Shown here: piece by piece, positions 9,743 to 19,640 of the stretch | How positions within the stretch are numbered: position 1 is the stretch's first letter | Layout of the letters: each line of letters begins with the position of its first letter | IMG/VR virus record: IMGVR_UViG_3300027708_002528 | Origin: an uncultured virus (IMG/VR IMGVR_UViG_3300027708_002528) | Lineage: Duplodnaviria > Heunggongvirae > Uroviricota > Caudoviricetes | Reading direction: 5' to 3' (one strand) | DNA: 64,000 nucleotides | Notes under the pieces: model-generated | Told to the model about the DNA's origin: nothing | Database searches by the model: none | What the model saw: only the letters and a program-made list of their open reading frames with translations | Program-made: the position numbers and the translations under genes

Positions 9743-11399
9743 TAATATTTCTAAATCGGTATTTTTGCTTTTCTTGAACCGAGGTAGGTAGATTTATTGT
9801 TCCTAGTTCCGAAGGTTTTTCATCATTAGGTTTTTCATCGGCTGCATTAGGTTCTTGAGTATTTGGTTCTGGAGGTATATTTCCTGTTGCAGCCATAGCC
9901 ATAGGATCTGGATGCAACCCTGCTTTCTTTTCTTCTTCAATCTCTTTAGCCAATTCTTTTATTTCTTCATCATCCAGTCTCAAGACGTTACGTTGAACCC
10001 AACCTTGAGAAAAATATCTTCCTACGTAAGGATCTACACTACTCAATAATGACAATCTTTCACGCATTAATTCTGCATCTTTTAATTCAGCAAAATTATT
10101 GTCTTTGATAAAATCATAATAGATATGTTCTTTGAATTCATTCCATTCATCTGCGGTACATATGCCTTTGAGAACGCATTGAATTCGAAGAGCCTGATCG
10201 AAGACTTCAGAAAACTTGTTGCGTAGTCTACCTACGAATTTTGTAAATTTCAATTCATCTCGCGTAATTTCAGATACACGACCTAGAGTGAATCCTGAAC
10301 TATTTGGATCCAATCGTGATATAGGAACACTCAACGATTTGTATAATTTCTTTTCAAAATATTTAACATCTTCTAGCTCCCCTAGATTTTGTCCACCAGG
10401 GAGAGTTGTGATTTCAGTTCCTTTTCCACCTTCTCGGCGAGGAAGCCAAAAGTCTTCAAGCATAGATAAATGTTTTCTATCATCACGAACCTCACCTGTA
10501 TTTGCATCATATACTAATTTATTCTTATACTTTACCATAATATCGCGAAGATATTGTTCAGCTTTTAGTTTTGGTAAATTACCTACGTCAATGTAGAAAA
10601 TTCTACGTTCAGGTGCCCGTGAGATTCTATAAATGACAGTAGCGTCCTCAATCATACGCAACTGATTTAATGGTTTAATTGCTTTGTGCAGATATGACAA
10701 TACAATTGCCCGGCGAGAATCCATTAATCCTGAGTTAATATTGATTACCGAATCGACTGCAATTTTAACGCCTACTGGACCATAATTACTAGAAGTTCCA
10801 GAAACCACTTTATCATTGTAGATATAGTATTCGTTTATGGTATTGATTACTTCGACACCTGTCGTCTCATCTTTCTTTTTCTTGATCTCTCTAATCTTTC
10901 TGATTTTACGAGGATCAACATATCGCAGTTCTAAAATTCCTTTACTTGGATCTTTAGCGTCAACAATAACGTGATAGAATAATCTTCCGTCAACATAATA
11001 TCGTCTAAACAGGTCTTGTCCCATGTTGTTATAATTCAACATTCTCAAAATGCCATCAAATTCAGTGCTTATCGCAGTCTTAATTTTATTAGGAACTTTT
11101 AAACTATCCATAACAATCTTAATGTTTTTACCATCATCATCTTGCACAATAGCTTCATTGACGATATCATCGATTGCTGATTCAAGTTCAGGCTGCATTG
11201 CCATTTCACGATATCTTGAAATTAACTCAACTTCATTTTTAGCAGTACCGTCTAGATCAACATATGTTCCATAATATGCGGCAGACGATATTGTAAGCGC
11301 GCCGTCATCCGAAGTCGGAACGGCGAATGATTGCTGAGCCGAAGCTTGTTGCTCCTGCTCAGCCCTAGAAATTTTAAAACCAAAAAGCGAAAATGCCAA
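9738..11399 (-). CDS. 20: Portal vertex protein gp20 (TTG start)
   Basis: YRISRAPERRIFYIDVGNLPKLKAEQY, EDFWLPRREGGKGTEITTLPGGQNLG. Confidence 0.97.
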   Translation of the reverse strand: MAFSLFGFKISRAEQEQQASAQQSFAVPTSDDGALTISSAAYYGTYVDLDGTAKNEVELISRYREMAMQPELESAIDDIVNEAIVQDDDGKNIKIVMDSLKVPNKIKTAISTEFDGILRMLNYNNMGQDLFRRYYVDGRLFYHVIVDAKDPSKGILELRYVDPRKIRKIREIKKKKDETTGVEVINTINEYYIYNDKVVSGTSSNYGPVGVKIAVDSVININSGLMDSRRAIVLSYLHKAIKPLNQLRMIEDATVIYRISRAPERRIFYIDVGNLPKLKAEQYLRDIMVKYKNKLVYDANTGEVRDDRKHLSMLEDFWLPRREGGKGTEITTLPGGQNLGELEDVKYFEKKLYKSLSVPISRLDPNSSGFTLGRVSEITRDELKFTKFVGRLRNKFSEVFDQALRIQCVLKGICTADEWNEFKEHIYYDFIKDNNFAELKDAELMRERLSLLSSVDPYVGRYFSQGWVQRNVLRLDDEEIKELAKEIEEEKKAGLHPDPMAMAATGNIPPEPNTQEPNAADEKPNDEKPSELGTINLPTSVQEKQKYRFRNII

Positions 11400-11469
11400 G
11401 ATATTCTCCTAGTGTCAATTCAAACATGCATGAAGAAATAATCCTTCATGCACCCATCCATGTAATATA

Positions 11470-12030
11470 TTAAGTTGTACTTCCGGTAGACGATGCAGCA
11501 GCCACATCTTCCCACCATTGAAATGCGAATGTTACTGAGTACTCTTCAATTTGATCTTGTGAACCCCAATCTAAATCGATAGGTGTTAGATCGACAGGAT
11601 ACAATCCAACAAACTTATAGTTCTTTAAAACTGCCCCTGCTTTTCCATATTGCAGAACATTAGCATCTACGCTATAACCTAGCATATTAGCTGCTGCTGG
11701 GTTTCTAAGATTTCCAGCGTGACTGTTAATTCCATTCATCCACGATTCAAACCCATTACGGATAATGAAGTCTTCATCATTGATGACTGTAATTGTCCAA
11801 TCTGCAAAATTTCTATTGCCTGCTAATTTTAGCTCACGACCAAAATAATACATCGGAACCATGCCAAGTGATGATCCGGGTAACTGTGCTGCTTTAGCCA
11901 AGAATGTTGTTTTCTGACCAGCTACCGCTGCGTTAGCGAAAGCTGGAAAGTTCATGGATACTTGGAATAGATTTGGTCGCGCACCGTCACCTAGAAGATT
12001 ACTTCTAAATTCTGTTACGTTAAAAGCCAT
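11470..12030 (-). CDS. 19: Tail tube protein gp19
   Basis: GARPNLFQV, AAQLPGS, GRELKLAGNRNFADWTITVINDEDF, IEEYSVTF. Confidence 0.95.
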   Translation of the reverse strand: MAFNVTEFRSNLLGDGARPNLFQVSMNFPAFANAAVAGQKTTFLAKAAQLPGSSLGMVPMYYFGRELKLAGNRNFADWTITVINDEDFIIRNGFESWMNGINSHAGNLRNPAAANMLGYSVDANVLQYGKAGAVLKNYKFVGLYPVDLTPIDLDWGSQDQIEEYSVTFAFQWWEDVAAASSTGSTT

Positions 12031-12065
12031 AATATTTCTCCTTATTCGTTGTTATTTAATTGGTA

Positions 12066-14006
12066 TCAAAACTTTCCAACAACCTCGGTGAAATCTACTC
12101 CAGTACGCACAGCAACGAAATTCAACTGAATAAAGTTGATGGATCTTGCTGGTTTGATATAGATGTCTCCAACGAATTGGTTTGAATCGATAACCTGAGG
12201 TGTGTTATTGGTATTATCGCACACTACTCGATAATCGTAGATTCCTCTGCGACCTTTTACATCACGCAGGAATGGTTCAACCAATGCTACGAATTGAGCG
12301 CGAGTAAAATCATCATTAAATTCAAACAACGAAAACTTAGCAGCAGTTGAGATCGCCTTTTCTAGAACAATAAACAATCTGCGAACGTTAATTCTATCGA
12401 ACGCTGATGGTTGTGCTTGCAGTGTTTTATCGCCATAAAGTAGAGTTCCTTGTCCTGGGAATGTAACTACAGGATTAACTCCAATTTTATATATGACATC
12501 TCTATTTGCTTGATTTGGATTCCAAGCTAACTTGACGATATTTTTAATTTGACCGCGACTAAATCCAGCAGGTGAGAACCAAGGATCGCGATTATTGTCT
12601 GTTCGAACACAGAGACCTGCGATATCAGCATTCAATGGAATGTATCGATATGTATTATTGTACTTATCGAATTGATATTTCCATCCAGAATCTACAACCG
12701 TATATGACGAAGTGCGACCTAAGTTGTTCAGCCATGTTTGAATATTAGCCGACTCATTTCCAGATTGATTGATGACTGCACCAGCTGGTGGTGAAATAAA
12801 TGCAACGCAATCTTTTCTGCTTGTTGCTAGATCATTGATTGCTTGTGGAATCGTTACATCGGAAACTGAAGATGTTGTTCCTGGTGCTGAATTATCTCCA
12901 CCGATAATTAAACTAATATCCAAGTCTTCGGTTGAGTTGAATTGAGAAATTGCTGAAACTACGTTTGCTGTTGTAGGTGTACTATACGATCCGCCTTGGA
13001 ACGTCAATGTCGTAGGAACAACAGGATCTACGAATGCCGTTCCTGCCGCTGTCGATCCCCAATTTGTAGCTCCTGAGAGATGATTCATCCAGTAGACAAA
13101 TTTAGATTTAGTATACAATTGTGTTTTATAGTAGCTGGCACTACCAACAGAATCTCTACCATCAGATGCTGCGGATGCAAACGGATACTTTTCTAGAATA
13201 GTACCCGATGCATAACTTCCTCCTAATGAATAGCTTAAAGAACCTACGGCATCAACCACAATAACGTGTAGTTGGTCATTAGAACCTCCTACCGATGATG
13301 CATATGATGATGTTCCGGGAGCGCCATCGAACTGATCAGCGTATTCCCATTTACGTAGCAGTGAAAGTCCTGTTGCGGCTGAGCTTACTGGTGATGTCAA
13401 AATAATCGTGCTAGTTGAAACTGAAGCAACTTGAATATATCCTGATCCTACGCTAACATAATCTCCAGAAACAACATAAGGTGCTACGTTTGCGGTCGCT
13501 ATTAGAACGTTAGATAAATTTGCAGTAACCGTTAAACTTGCCACCGCTGTTACGTTTGATGAAAATGCCTGAGCACCTGGGCAAATCGAAACTTTAATGT
13601 TATTACCTAAAACACCTGAATATCTAGCGGCAAAAGGACCCATACCGCCCGCATTTGAATTTCCAGTATAATACGTGGATTCATAGACATCTTCACTTGA
13701 AATTGACAGTGGAGTATATGACGTTCCTACAGCATTATTTGCTGATGTTGCATTTGCTCTGACCAGACGTAGATTATTTCCATAAGAAAGAAAATTCGCT
13801 GCGGAGAAGAATGAGATAGCCGTATTGTTATCAGGTATACCAAATCGGTTTACCAGTTCAATTTCGGAAGTGATTAATGTTCTTTTGTTGATTGGACCCC
13901 AATTGAAGGCTCCAGCAAAAGCACCGGCTGTAGTTGAGACCGCAGGAATTACGGTTGTTAGATCAATCTCAGATACATTTACGCCTGGAGAAAGCTGAAA
14001 TGGCAT
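12066..14006 (-). CDS. 18: Contractile tail sheath protein gp18
   Basis: SPGVNVSEIDLT, PWFSPAGFSRG, FDRINVRRLF, IKPARSINFIQLNFVA. Confidence 0.97.
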   Translation of the reverse strand: MPFQLSPGVNVSEIDLTTVIPAVSTTAGAFAGAFNWGPINKRTLITSEIELVNRFGIPDNNTAISFFSAANFLSYGNNLRLVRANATSANNAVGTSYTPLSISSEDVYESTYYTGNSNAGGMGPFAARYSGVLGNNIKVSICPGAQAFSSNVTAVASLTVTANLSNVLIATANVAPYVVSGDYVSVGSGYIQVASVSTSTIILTSPVSSAATGLSLLRKWEYADQFDGAPGTSSYASSVGGSNDQLHVIVVDAVGSLSYSLGGSYASGTILEKYPFASAASDGRDSVGSASYYKTQLYTKSKFVYWMNHLSGATNWGSTAAGTAFVDPVVPTTLTFQGGSYSTPTTANVVSAISQFNSTEDLDISLIIGGDNSAPGTTSSVSDVTIPQAINDLATSRKDCVAFISPPAGAVINQSGNESANIQTWLNNLGRTSSYTVVDSGWKYQFDKYNNTYRYIPLNADIAGLCVRTDNNRDPWFSPAGFSRGQIKNIVKLAWNPNQANRDVIYKIGVNPVVTFPGQGTLLYGDKTLQAQPSAFDRINVRRLFIVLEKAISTAAKFSLFEFNDDFTRAQFVALVEPFLRDVKGRRGIYDYRVVCDNTNNTPQVIDSNQFVGDIYIKPARSINFIQLNFVAVRTGVDFTEVVGKF

Positions 14007-14058
14007 GTTCGTCTCCTTAAAATTATGTTAGGTTTCAGCGGATATGTTTTTATGGTTA

Positions 14059-14066
14059 TATTTATA
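14059..14066 (-). promoter_or_regulatory. Late promoter TATAAATA for gp18-gp19
   Basis: Exact consensus in the gp17-gp18 gap. Confidence 0.8.
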
Positions 14067-14078
14067 ATAGCGCATATC

Positions 14079-15758
14079 CTATAGGTTTTTGAAAATATTC
14101 TTAATATAGTTCCCGTATGGATCACTGCTGTTAGTTTCGACCCACAAATCTCCATCTTCAACAAAAAAAGGAACATCTAAACCATCATCTAATTCTCCAA
14201 TTGGAAGCATTTCTTCGTCTATTTGATCAAAATGTTCCAGTTGTAACTGTTTTCTGAGATCATGGTTAACAATGTCTCTAAAATACTTTTGAGTTGTTGC
14301 CCATGCAAATAGTACTAATGTTATGACCAGATCGTCATTGGAATCTTCTTCCGCCGAGAATGAATTTCTATCCGCAACGAATGTTGTAAGTTCGGAAATA
14401 GTATTGAAATCTGGTATCAGAAGTTTGTCATTCTCGATTAGAGTTTTCAGATTCGAACAACCAATTCTCTTTACCAAAGGAGACATTTTTACGCCAAGTT
14501 GGAATCCTCTACCAAATCCACTTGAAATTTGTTGAGCTTTTTTGTTTCCCGTAACAACTTTTAATACGTTTTCATACTCCATGTCATTGTGTAATATATC
14601 CGCAATTTGAGGCGTATTGTTAATTTCAATCAATACATATGCATCATTAAAGTGTCTGGCTGCATTATAGATTACTGTAGGAAATAGTATAGGTGAAATC
14701 GATGAACTCTTATATGTAGCTACTTGTTTATATGGTGTTGTAGAAACATCAAATACCGAGAATGCTGATGCATCCATTCCTTTTCCTTCCGCGATGTCAA
14801 CCGTCATCATGTAAATATGATCTTTGGTTTGATTTGAAGGATCTCCTTTGATTGGATGTTCATAAACATATAACATATCTTCGGATGCTATAGGTTCAGA
14901 ATAATTCAATAATGCTAGTTTTGAACCTGCGATTAGAGTATTTGATGATCCTAAGAATTCAGTATTAAATTCTTGTTGGAATTGTCTTTCTGAGGTGTTT
15001 CGAATAGTCTCTTCTTTCCACTTCTCATCTCTACCTGGAACTTGAGACCAATGAATTTCAAATGGTTTATATCCATTTTTATTGTTTATTGCATCCATCC
15101 ATAACTTGTAGAATAGATTCATTCCGTTTGGAGTGGATACAATAATAATCTTTGTTGTTTTTCCGGATGAGATAACAGGATATACTGAATTGAAGAATTC
15201 GATTGCTATATTTGATGGAACGAAAGCAAACTCATCTAGGAATACAATATTGTATGATCCACCTCGAACCGCCGATGATGATGTAGCGGCTGCTACTACT
15301 TTTGATCCATTTTCTAGTTCAATATTTCCTTTGTTCCAAGTTACCACGCCTTGTTGTAAGTACTGCGGAAGATTTTCATATGCTAACTGATATTTGGCTA
15401 AAATATCGCGAGCCAAAGATCCTTTATTTGCCAATACGGCAACGGATTGTGAGTCTTGAAATATTGTTGACCAGAGAAGATATCCTACTGCGGTAGTTGT
15501 CTTTCCTACCTGGCGCGGGCATTTAGTTATACTGAATCGATTTTCATGAAAGGTATTAACCATATCTTCCTGAAAATCCCACATGTCAAAATTAACAAGA
15601 CCTTGATCTACGTTAACAATCTTAATGTGATTTTTGATAAAGTAAATTGGATCTTTAGAGCATTTGATAAACTCTTCAAGTTCTTCTTGGGTGTATGATA
15701 CTTGAACCCCAACCTTTTTTAAAAGAATATTATCGCGATATGATTCTTTACTATTCAT
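14079..15758 (-). CDS. 17: Terminase large subunit gp17
   Basis: PRQVGKTT (Walker A), FLDEFAFV (Walker B), STPNG, nuclease motifs VDIAEG and DDLV. Confidence 0.97.
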   Translation of the reverse strand: MNSKESYRDNILLKKVGVQVSYTQEELEEFIKCSKDPIYFIKNHIKIVNVDQGLVNFDMWDFQEDMVNTFHENRFSITKCPRQVGKTTTAVGYLLWSTIFQDSQSVAVLANKGSLARDILAKYQLAYENLPQYLQQGVVTWNKGNIELENGSKVVAAATSSSAVRGGSYNIVFLDEFAFVPSNIAIEFFNSVYPVISSGKTTKIIIVSTPNGMNLFYKLWMDAINNKNGYKPFEIHWSQVPGRDEKWKEETIRNTSERQFQQEFNTEFLGSSNTLIAGSKLALLNYSEPIASEDMLYVYEHPIKGDPSNQTKDHIYMMTVDIAEGKGMDASAFSVFDVSTTPYKQVATYKSSSISPILFPTVIYNAARHFNDAYVLIEINNTPQIADILHNDMEYENVLKVVTGNKKAQQISSGFGRGFQLGVKMSPLVKRIGCSNLKTLIENDKLLIPDFNTISELTTFVADRNSFSAEEDSNDDLVITLVLFAWATTQKYFRDIVNHDLRKQLQLEHFDQIDEEMLPIGELDDGLDVPFFVEDGDLWVETNSSDPYGNYIKNIFKNL

Positions 15759-16179
15759 TAGATTTATTCTTTAAGAATTTACTCAATTCAGCGGTGCTTC
15801 CTACAAAGATAGCTTTATCGATAGTGGTGCCTGATCCGGAAGATTTTTTGGTCATTTCTCGCATAGTTTTCTGTAGACCTATCAATTTTTCATTCGCTTC
15901 TGTAACGTTCTTAATCAACGTAGCCGCGACCTCAAATGCTCTAGGGTGCTCCGAATGTTTTGCGATTTCTAAGATGTCATCGATGGCACTTTTTCCTTTA
16001 TCGATGATTTCCTCATAGTTTTTTCTAACAACATTATAATCAGTATTAAGATCGGCTTCCAATTGATTTTCAACGGGTTCCTGATTGATCACAAGATCAG
16101 ATTTATTTTCAGTCTTTTCGGTAAAGTCTACCGGAACGACATCAAATATTTTTTCCATGCTTTTTTCAAATTTAGACAT
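15751..16179 (-). CDS. 16: Terminase small subunit gp16
   Basis: SEHPRAFEVAATLIK...IFVGSTAELSKFL; upstream of gp17. Confidence 0.93.
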   Translation of the reverse strand: MSKFEKSMEKIFDVVPVDFTEKTENKSDLVINQEPVENQLEADLNTDYNVVRKNYEEIIDKGKSAIDDILEIAKHSEHPRAFEVAATLIKNVTEANEKLIGLQKTMREMTKKSSGSGTTIDKAIFVGSTAELSKFLKNKSNE

Positions 16180-16181
16180 AA

Positions 16182-17177
16182 TTAATTAGTATATGGGAAT
16201 TCGCGAATAGTAGTTATAACACCAATTACATTGGATACGTTGGCGTTTGTTGGATTTGGAGTAATGGTAATTTTAACATCGACTGCTGGAGTTATTTGAT
16301 AATTTAATAGATTATATTCCGCTTGTGATTCCAATCCTATAATTAAACCATTGACAACAAAATTTCCAGTTATTTGATTGACGATTAATTGTCGAGTTGT
16401 TGGGTTCCAACTAACAACTTTACCCCTTGCACTTGCAGATTCTAAAAAGAAACCTTGATATACTAATTCACCTTCTTTGTATGAACCATATCCAGTAGAT
16501 AAACTGAAAAGTACATTTTGCGCACCTACCGTGGAATCATTTAATATGTTTGTAATCGCACTTGTAATATACCCAGACCCAGACTTTGAAGTTGGTCCGA
16601 ATAGATAACCTTTTGCCGTAAATGTCAATGTCCAAATAACTGTACGAGTTTCATTATCGGCAGGTCCTTGATATTCAACTTCATAATCAGCCGATTCTAA
16701 TAATACAGGTATTTCTTTAACCAAGTTCATCTCAGGAACTAAGTTAACTTTAATCGTATAATCCGGAGTGAAATATGGAAGAATTTGTTCCAGTATTTGA
16801 GTTCCATCTTCAATACTTCTTACATAAAAAGAAAGAGTAAAACTGAAATTATAAGGAACAGGATTGTAAACTGAAATTAATTGGTTCCCACTTGCCGCAA
16901 ACGTCTTACCCATTGTATTTTGTTTTCGGGATGAATCATATTCAACACCGGTCAACTCAAAAGACATTCTAGGTAATACTATTTGTGTTTTTTTTGTTAA
17001 ATTAGGATCCGATTGCAGTTGCATCAAGTATTTTTCTTTGGGTGCATATGCAATAGGAACTTTAATTCTTTGTTGTTCAGTATTATCTGGATTATATCGA
17101 ATCAAAGTGATATCATTAAAAATATCACCAAATGCTACAACCAATCTTCTTATTGTTTTATGATAATAAGGTGTCAT
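16182..17177 (-). CDS. 15: Tail sheath stabiliser / terminator gp15
   Basis: YHKTIRRLVVAFGDIFN, VPIAYAPKEK, LPRMSFE, QILEQILPYFTP. Confidence 0.92.
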   Translation of the reverse strand: MTPYYHKTIRRLVVAFGDIFNDITLIRYNPDNTEQQRIKVPIAYAPKEKYLMQLQSDPNLTKKTQIVLPRMSFELTGVEYDSSRKQNTMGKTFAASGNQLISVYNPVPYNFSFTLSFYVRSIEDGTQILEQILPYFTPDYTIKVNLVPEMNLVKEIPVLLESADYEVEYQGPADNETRTVIWTLTFTAKGYLFGPTSKSGSGYITSAITNILNDSTVGAQNVLFSLSTGYGSYKEGELVYQGFFLESASARGKVVSWNPTTRQLIVNQITGNFVVNGLIIGLESQAEYNLLNYQITPAVDVKITITPNPTNANVSNVIGVITTIREFPYTN

Positions 17178-18064
17178 AGATTACCGAATGGATTGGTTTC
17201 TGAAAAATCAACGTATCCTGAAGCTTCATTTTGGATAAATTGATTATCAAAAGATTCTTGTGTTTGTGAATTATGTAATGGATCAAATGTAACTAATGTA
17301 TATCTTGCGTTACTTGATTTTCCAATTACAATATTGTTTGCTTTCATTTGATTTTGAATATTTGTAACCTTTAATATTTTGGAGACTTGATTCCATTCGG
17401 ATTGAATTGCTTGAGCCGTCGCATTTGCCAAGGTGCCGTCCGCACTTTGATATACAATTTCTCCAAAAGTATATGACCCAGTGCCCGAACCCATATACAA
17501 TTCAATTGCATATGCCTCCTCCGCTGCAATCTGATCAATAACTCCCTGGCCTGTGCTGATAATTTCATGTGAATATTTGAATTCTTCTAATTCAACTTGA
17601 TAGAAAAATGGATATTTTCTACCTAAAGTGAAAAAGTCTTTATGTGAATTCACCAATTTAATTTCAAATAATGCACCTTGTCCCGATGATCCTACCATAG
17701 GAATATAAATTAAATCACCCTCATTAGGTCTTGGTAAATTTGATTCTTGTGGAATTCTTTCCGAAAAACTTCTTTTAGAAAACATTAGAGATACGTTATT
17801 ACGTATTTCTAGTCCAAATTTTGAAAAAAAGTCTTGCTCACCCATATAATCATTAGTATTCGACATATAAAATTCTAAAGGATATGCCGCTGTAAATTTC
17901 TTTAAAGGATCTTCACCGTACAATAAATCTCGCGCAACGGTATTATCCATCGGAATATAATAGCCATCAAATCCATAAAATTTAATAGACTCTACGAGCA
18001 AATCTTCTACTAGTCTTTGCTCTTGGATTGATCCGTAATTATTGATGTATAGATTCGTAGGCAT
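17174..18064 (-). CDS. 14: Neck protein gp14
   Basis: EQRLVEDLLVESIK, FSKFGLEIR, RPNEGDLIY, C-terminal DFSETNPFG. Confidence 0.92.
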   Translation of the reverse strand: MPTNLYINNYGSIQEQRLVEDLLVESIKFYGFDGYYIPMDNTVARDLLYGEDPLKKFTAAYPLEFYMSNTNDYMGEQDFFSKFGLEIRNNVSLMFSKRSFSERIPQESNLPRPNEGDLIYIPMVGSSGQGALFEIKLVNSHKDFFTLGRKYPFFYQVELEEFKYSHEIISTGQGVIDQIAAEEAYAIELYMGSGTGSYTFGEIVYQSADGTLANATAQAIQSEWNQVSKILKVTNIQNQMKANNIVIGKSSNARYTLVTFDPLHNSQTQESFDNQFIQNEASGYVDFSETNPFGNL

Positions 18065-18844
18065 TTAGTTCATGTACCACTCTAACGGGCTGCCGTAATT
18101 GTTTTCCATCTCTTTTTCTAATCGCTCAATCTCTTCGGCGGCTTCTTTAAAGATCGCATCTCCATTTAAAGTAACGCCTCCCGGTAATTGAATCCCGCCG
18201 AATTTCTTTAGATTATTGCCCCAAGTTCTTTTTATCAATGCAGTAGCATATTCTTTCAGCCATCGATCATTCCATACTGCATTATATACGTCTGGATTTA
18301 TTACAGCATAGCACTCAGCAACAACAATCTGTCCTACGTTACCTTGTCCAGTTCCCCAATTCCAATCAATGAATAGCTTATGCATATGTCTTTGATAACG
18401 AATAGGAACTTCTCCGGTAAACAATAATTCCAATGATCGTAGATGTTGTTGAGTCAATGTGTAATTAATATATGATGCTGAAGTGAAATCGTATAGCTCA
18501 TTCAATCTCAATTGATATCTGAGATCAAACATATTTGCTGATTGTAAGGTATCTGATATTGGAAATATTCGAGTCACTCCAATAATTTCTAATGAATTAT
18601 TCGACGAATCGGTGGTGACTGATGGGTCCATATCCAAATATCGATTGGACACATCTGTCGCATCTAATGCTTTTATGTAATAGACTTTTTGCAGTCCGTC
18701 GAAATGATAATCTTGATAATATTGTAATGCGTCATCTACTCGATCATCAACTTGATCATCATCTACGTTTATTTCAATTACCGGAAAACCTAGTCTGCGA
18801 AGGCAGTAGTCTTTAAAAGTTTGTCTATTTGTGACTGCCGGCAT
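18065..18844 (-). CDS. 13: Neck protein gp13
   Basis: YCLRRLGFPVIEINVDDDQ, WLKEYATALIKRTWGNNLKKF.GIQLPGGVTLNG; start at 18844 chosen from the GGAG RBS. Confidence 0.93.
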   Translation of the reverse strand: MPAVTNRQTFKDYCLRRLGFPVIEINVDDDQVDDRVDDALQYYQDYHFDGLQKVYYIKALDATDVSNRYLDMDPSVTTDSSNNSLEIIGVTRIFPISDTLQSANMFDLRYQLRLNELYDFTSASYINYTLTQQHLRSLELLFTGEVPIRYQRHMHKLFIDWNWGTGQGNVGQIVVAECYAVINPDVYNAVWNDRWLKEYATALIKRTWGNNLKKFGGIQLPGGVTLNGDAIFKEAAEEIERLEKEMENNYGSPLEWYMN

Positions 18845-18906
18845 TTCTTTCTCCATTTCAGTATTGCGGTATATCGCAATTTAGTATTTATGTATATTTA
18901 AGGTAT

Positions 18907-18930
18907 AAAAAAACCACCCGAAGGTGGTTT
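18907..18930 (-). terminator. Rho-independent terminator
   Basis: Minus strand AAACCACC-TTCG-GGTGGTTTTTTT (UUCG loop plus U-tract). Confidence 0.85.
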
Positions 18931-18949
18931 CTTTTTGTAAAACATTTGA

Positions 18950-19570
18950 TTAGACTGGAACTTCTTCCCAGAAAATTGCTGATGTTACGGCTGCTGCTGC
19001 TGATGCTGCACCTAAAGCATATAGAGAAACATATCGGTTAGGAGGAACGATAATAGAACCTTCTAGATCGATCACAACAGAATCGACACCGACAGTGTTA
19101 ATCGCGGCGGTATTGTGTAGTAATGTTGTAATACCGATAGGGGCAGTAGTTACAGTACCTACGTTATATGCGGAAGCCAGAGGAGTTGCACCGCCTAGAA
19201 AATTGTTACCTGATGCGGTAGCTACCGTAGTGGTGGTAGGAGCCGCGGCTTGAGCATTATGACCTAACGCAATACCTGTCATAGTAGCGGATGTTACCGA
19301 TACTTGTAGAAATATTTTTGTTAATACCAAGTTAACCGTAGTTGAGCCATTCCAGATAATGTTTCCGGTCAATGCAGTACCTGATGCGGATAATGTCTGC
19401 GCTAATGACCATGAATAGAATAAGTTACGTCGATAGGCTTGTTCATAGTACCTACCGTGCAACTCTGACATAATTAGATCACCTAATTGACCAGCACGAG
19501 CAGGAGCTTGCAAGCCAGCGGAAATACTAGTTGTGGTCGCGACAGGACCTACTTGGTTTTGAATTAGCAT
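18950..19570 (-). CDS. Hypothetical virion protein, separately transcribed
   Basis: 206 aa, Ala/Thr-rich; AAGGAG RBS, two late promoters upstream and a terminator downstream. Confidence 0.75.
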   Translation of the reverse strand: MLIQNQVGPVATTTSISAGLQAPARAGQLGDLIMSELHGRYYEQAYRRNLFYSWSLAQTLSASGTALTGNIIWNGSTTVNLVLTKIFLQVSVTSATMTGIALGHNAQAAAPTTTTVATASGNNFLGGATPLASAYNVGTVTTAPIGITTLLHNTAAINTVGVDSVVIDLEGSIIVPPNRYVSLYALGAASAAAAVTSAIFWEEVPV

Positions 19571-19622
19571 AATTAAATCTCCTTAAAATTACCAATGATA
19601 GTTTAAATACTACAGTTAGTTG

Positions 19623-19638
19623 TATTTATATATTTATA
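19623..19638 (-). promoter_or_regulatory. Two tandem late promoters (TATAAATA x2)
   Basis: Plus strand tatttata-tatttata at 19623-19630 and 19631-19638. Confidence 0.75.
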
Positions 19639-19640
19639 AA

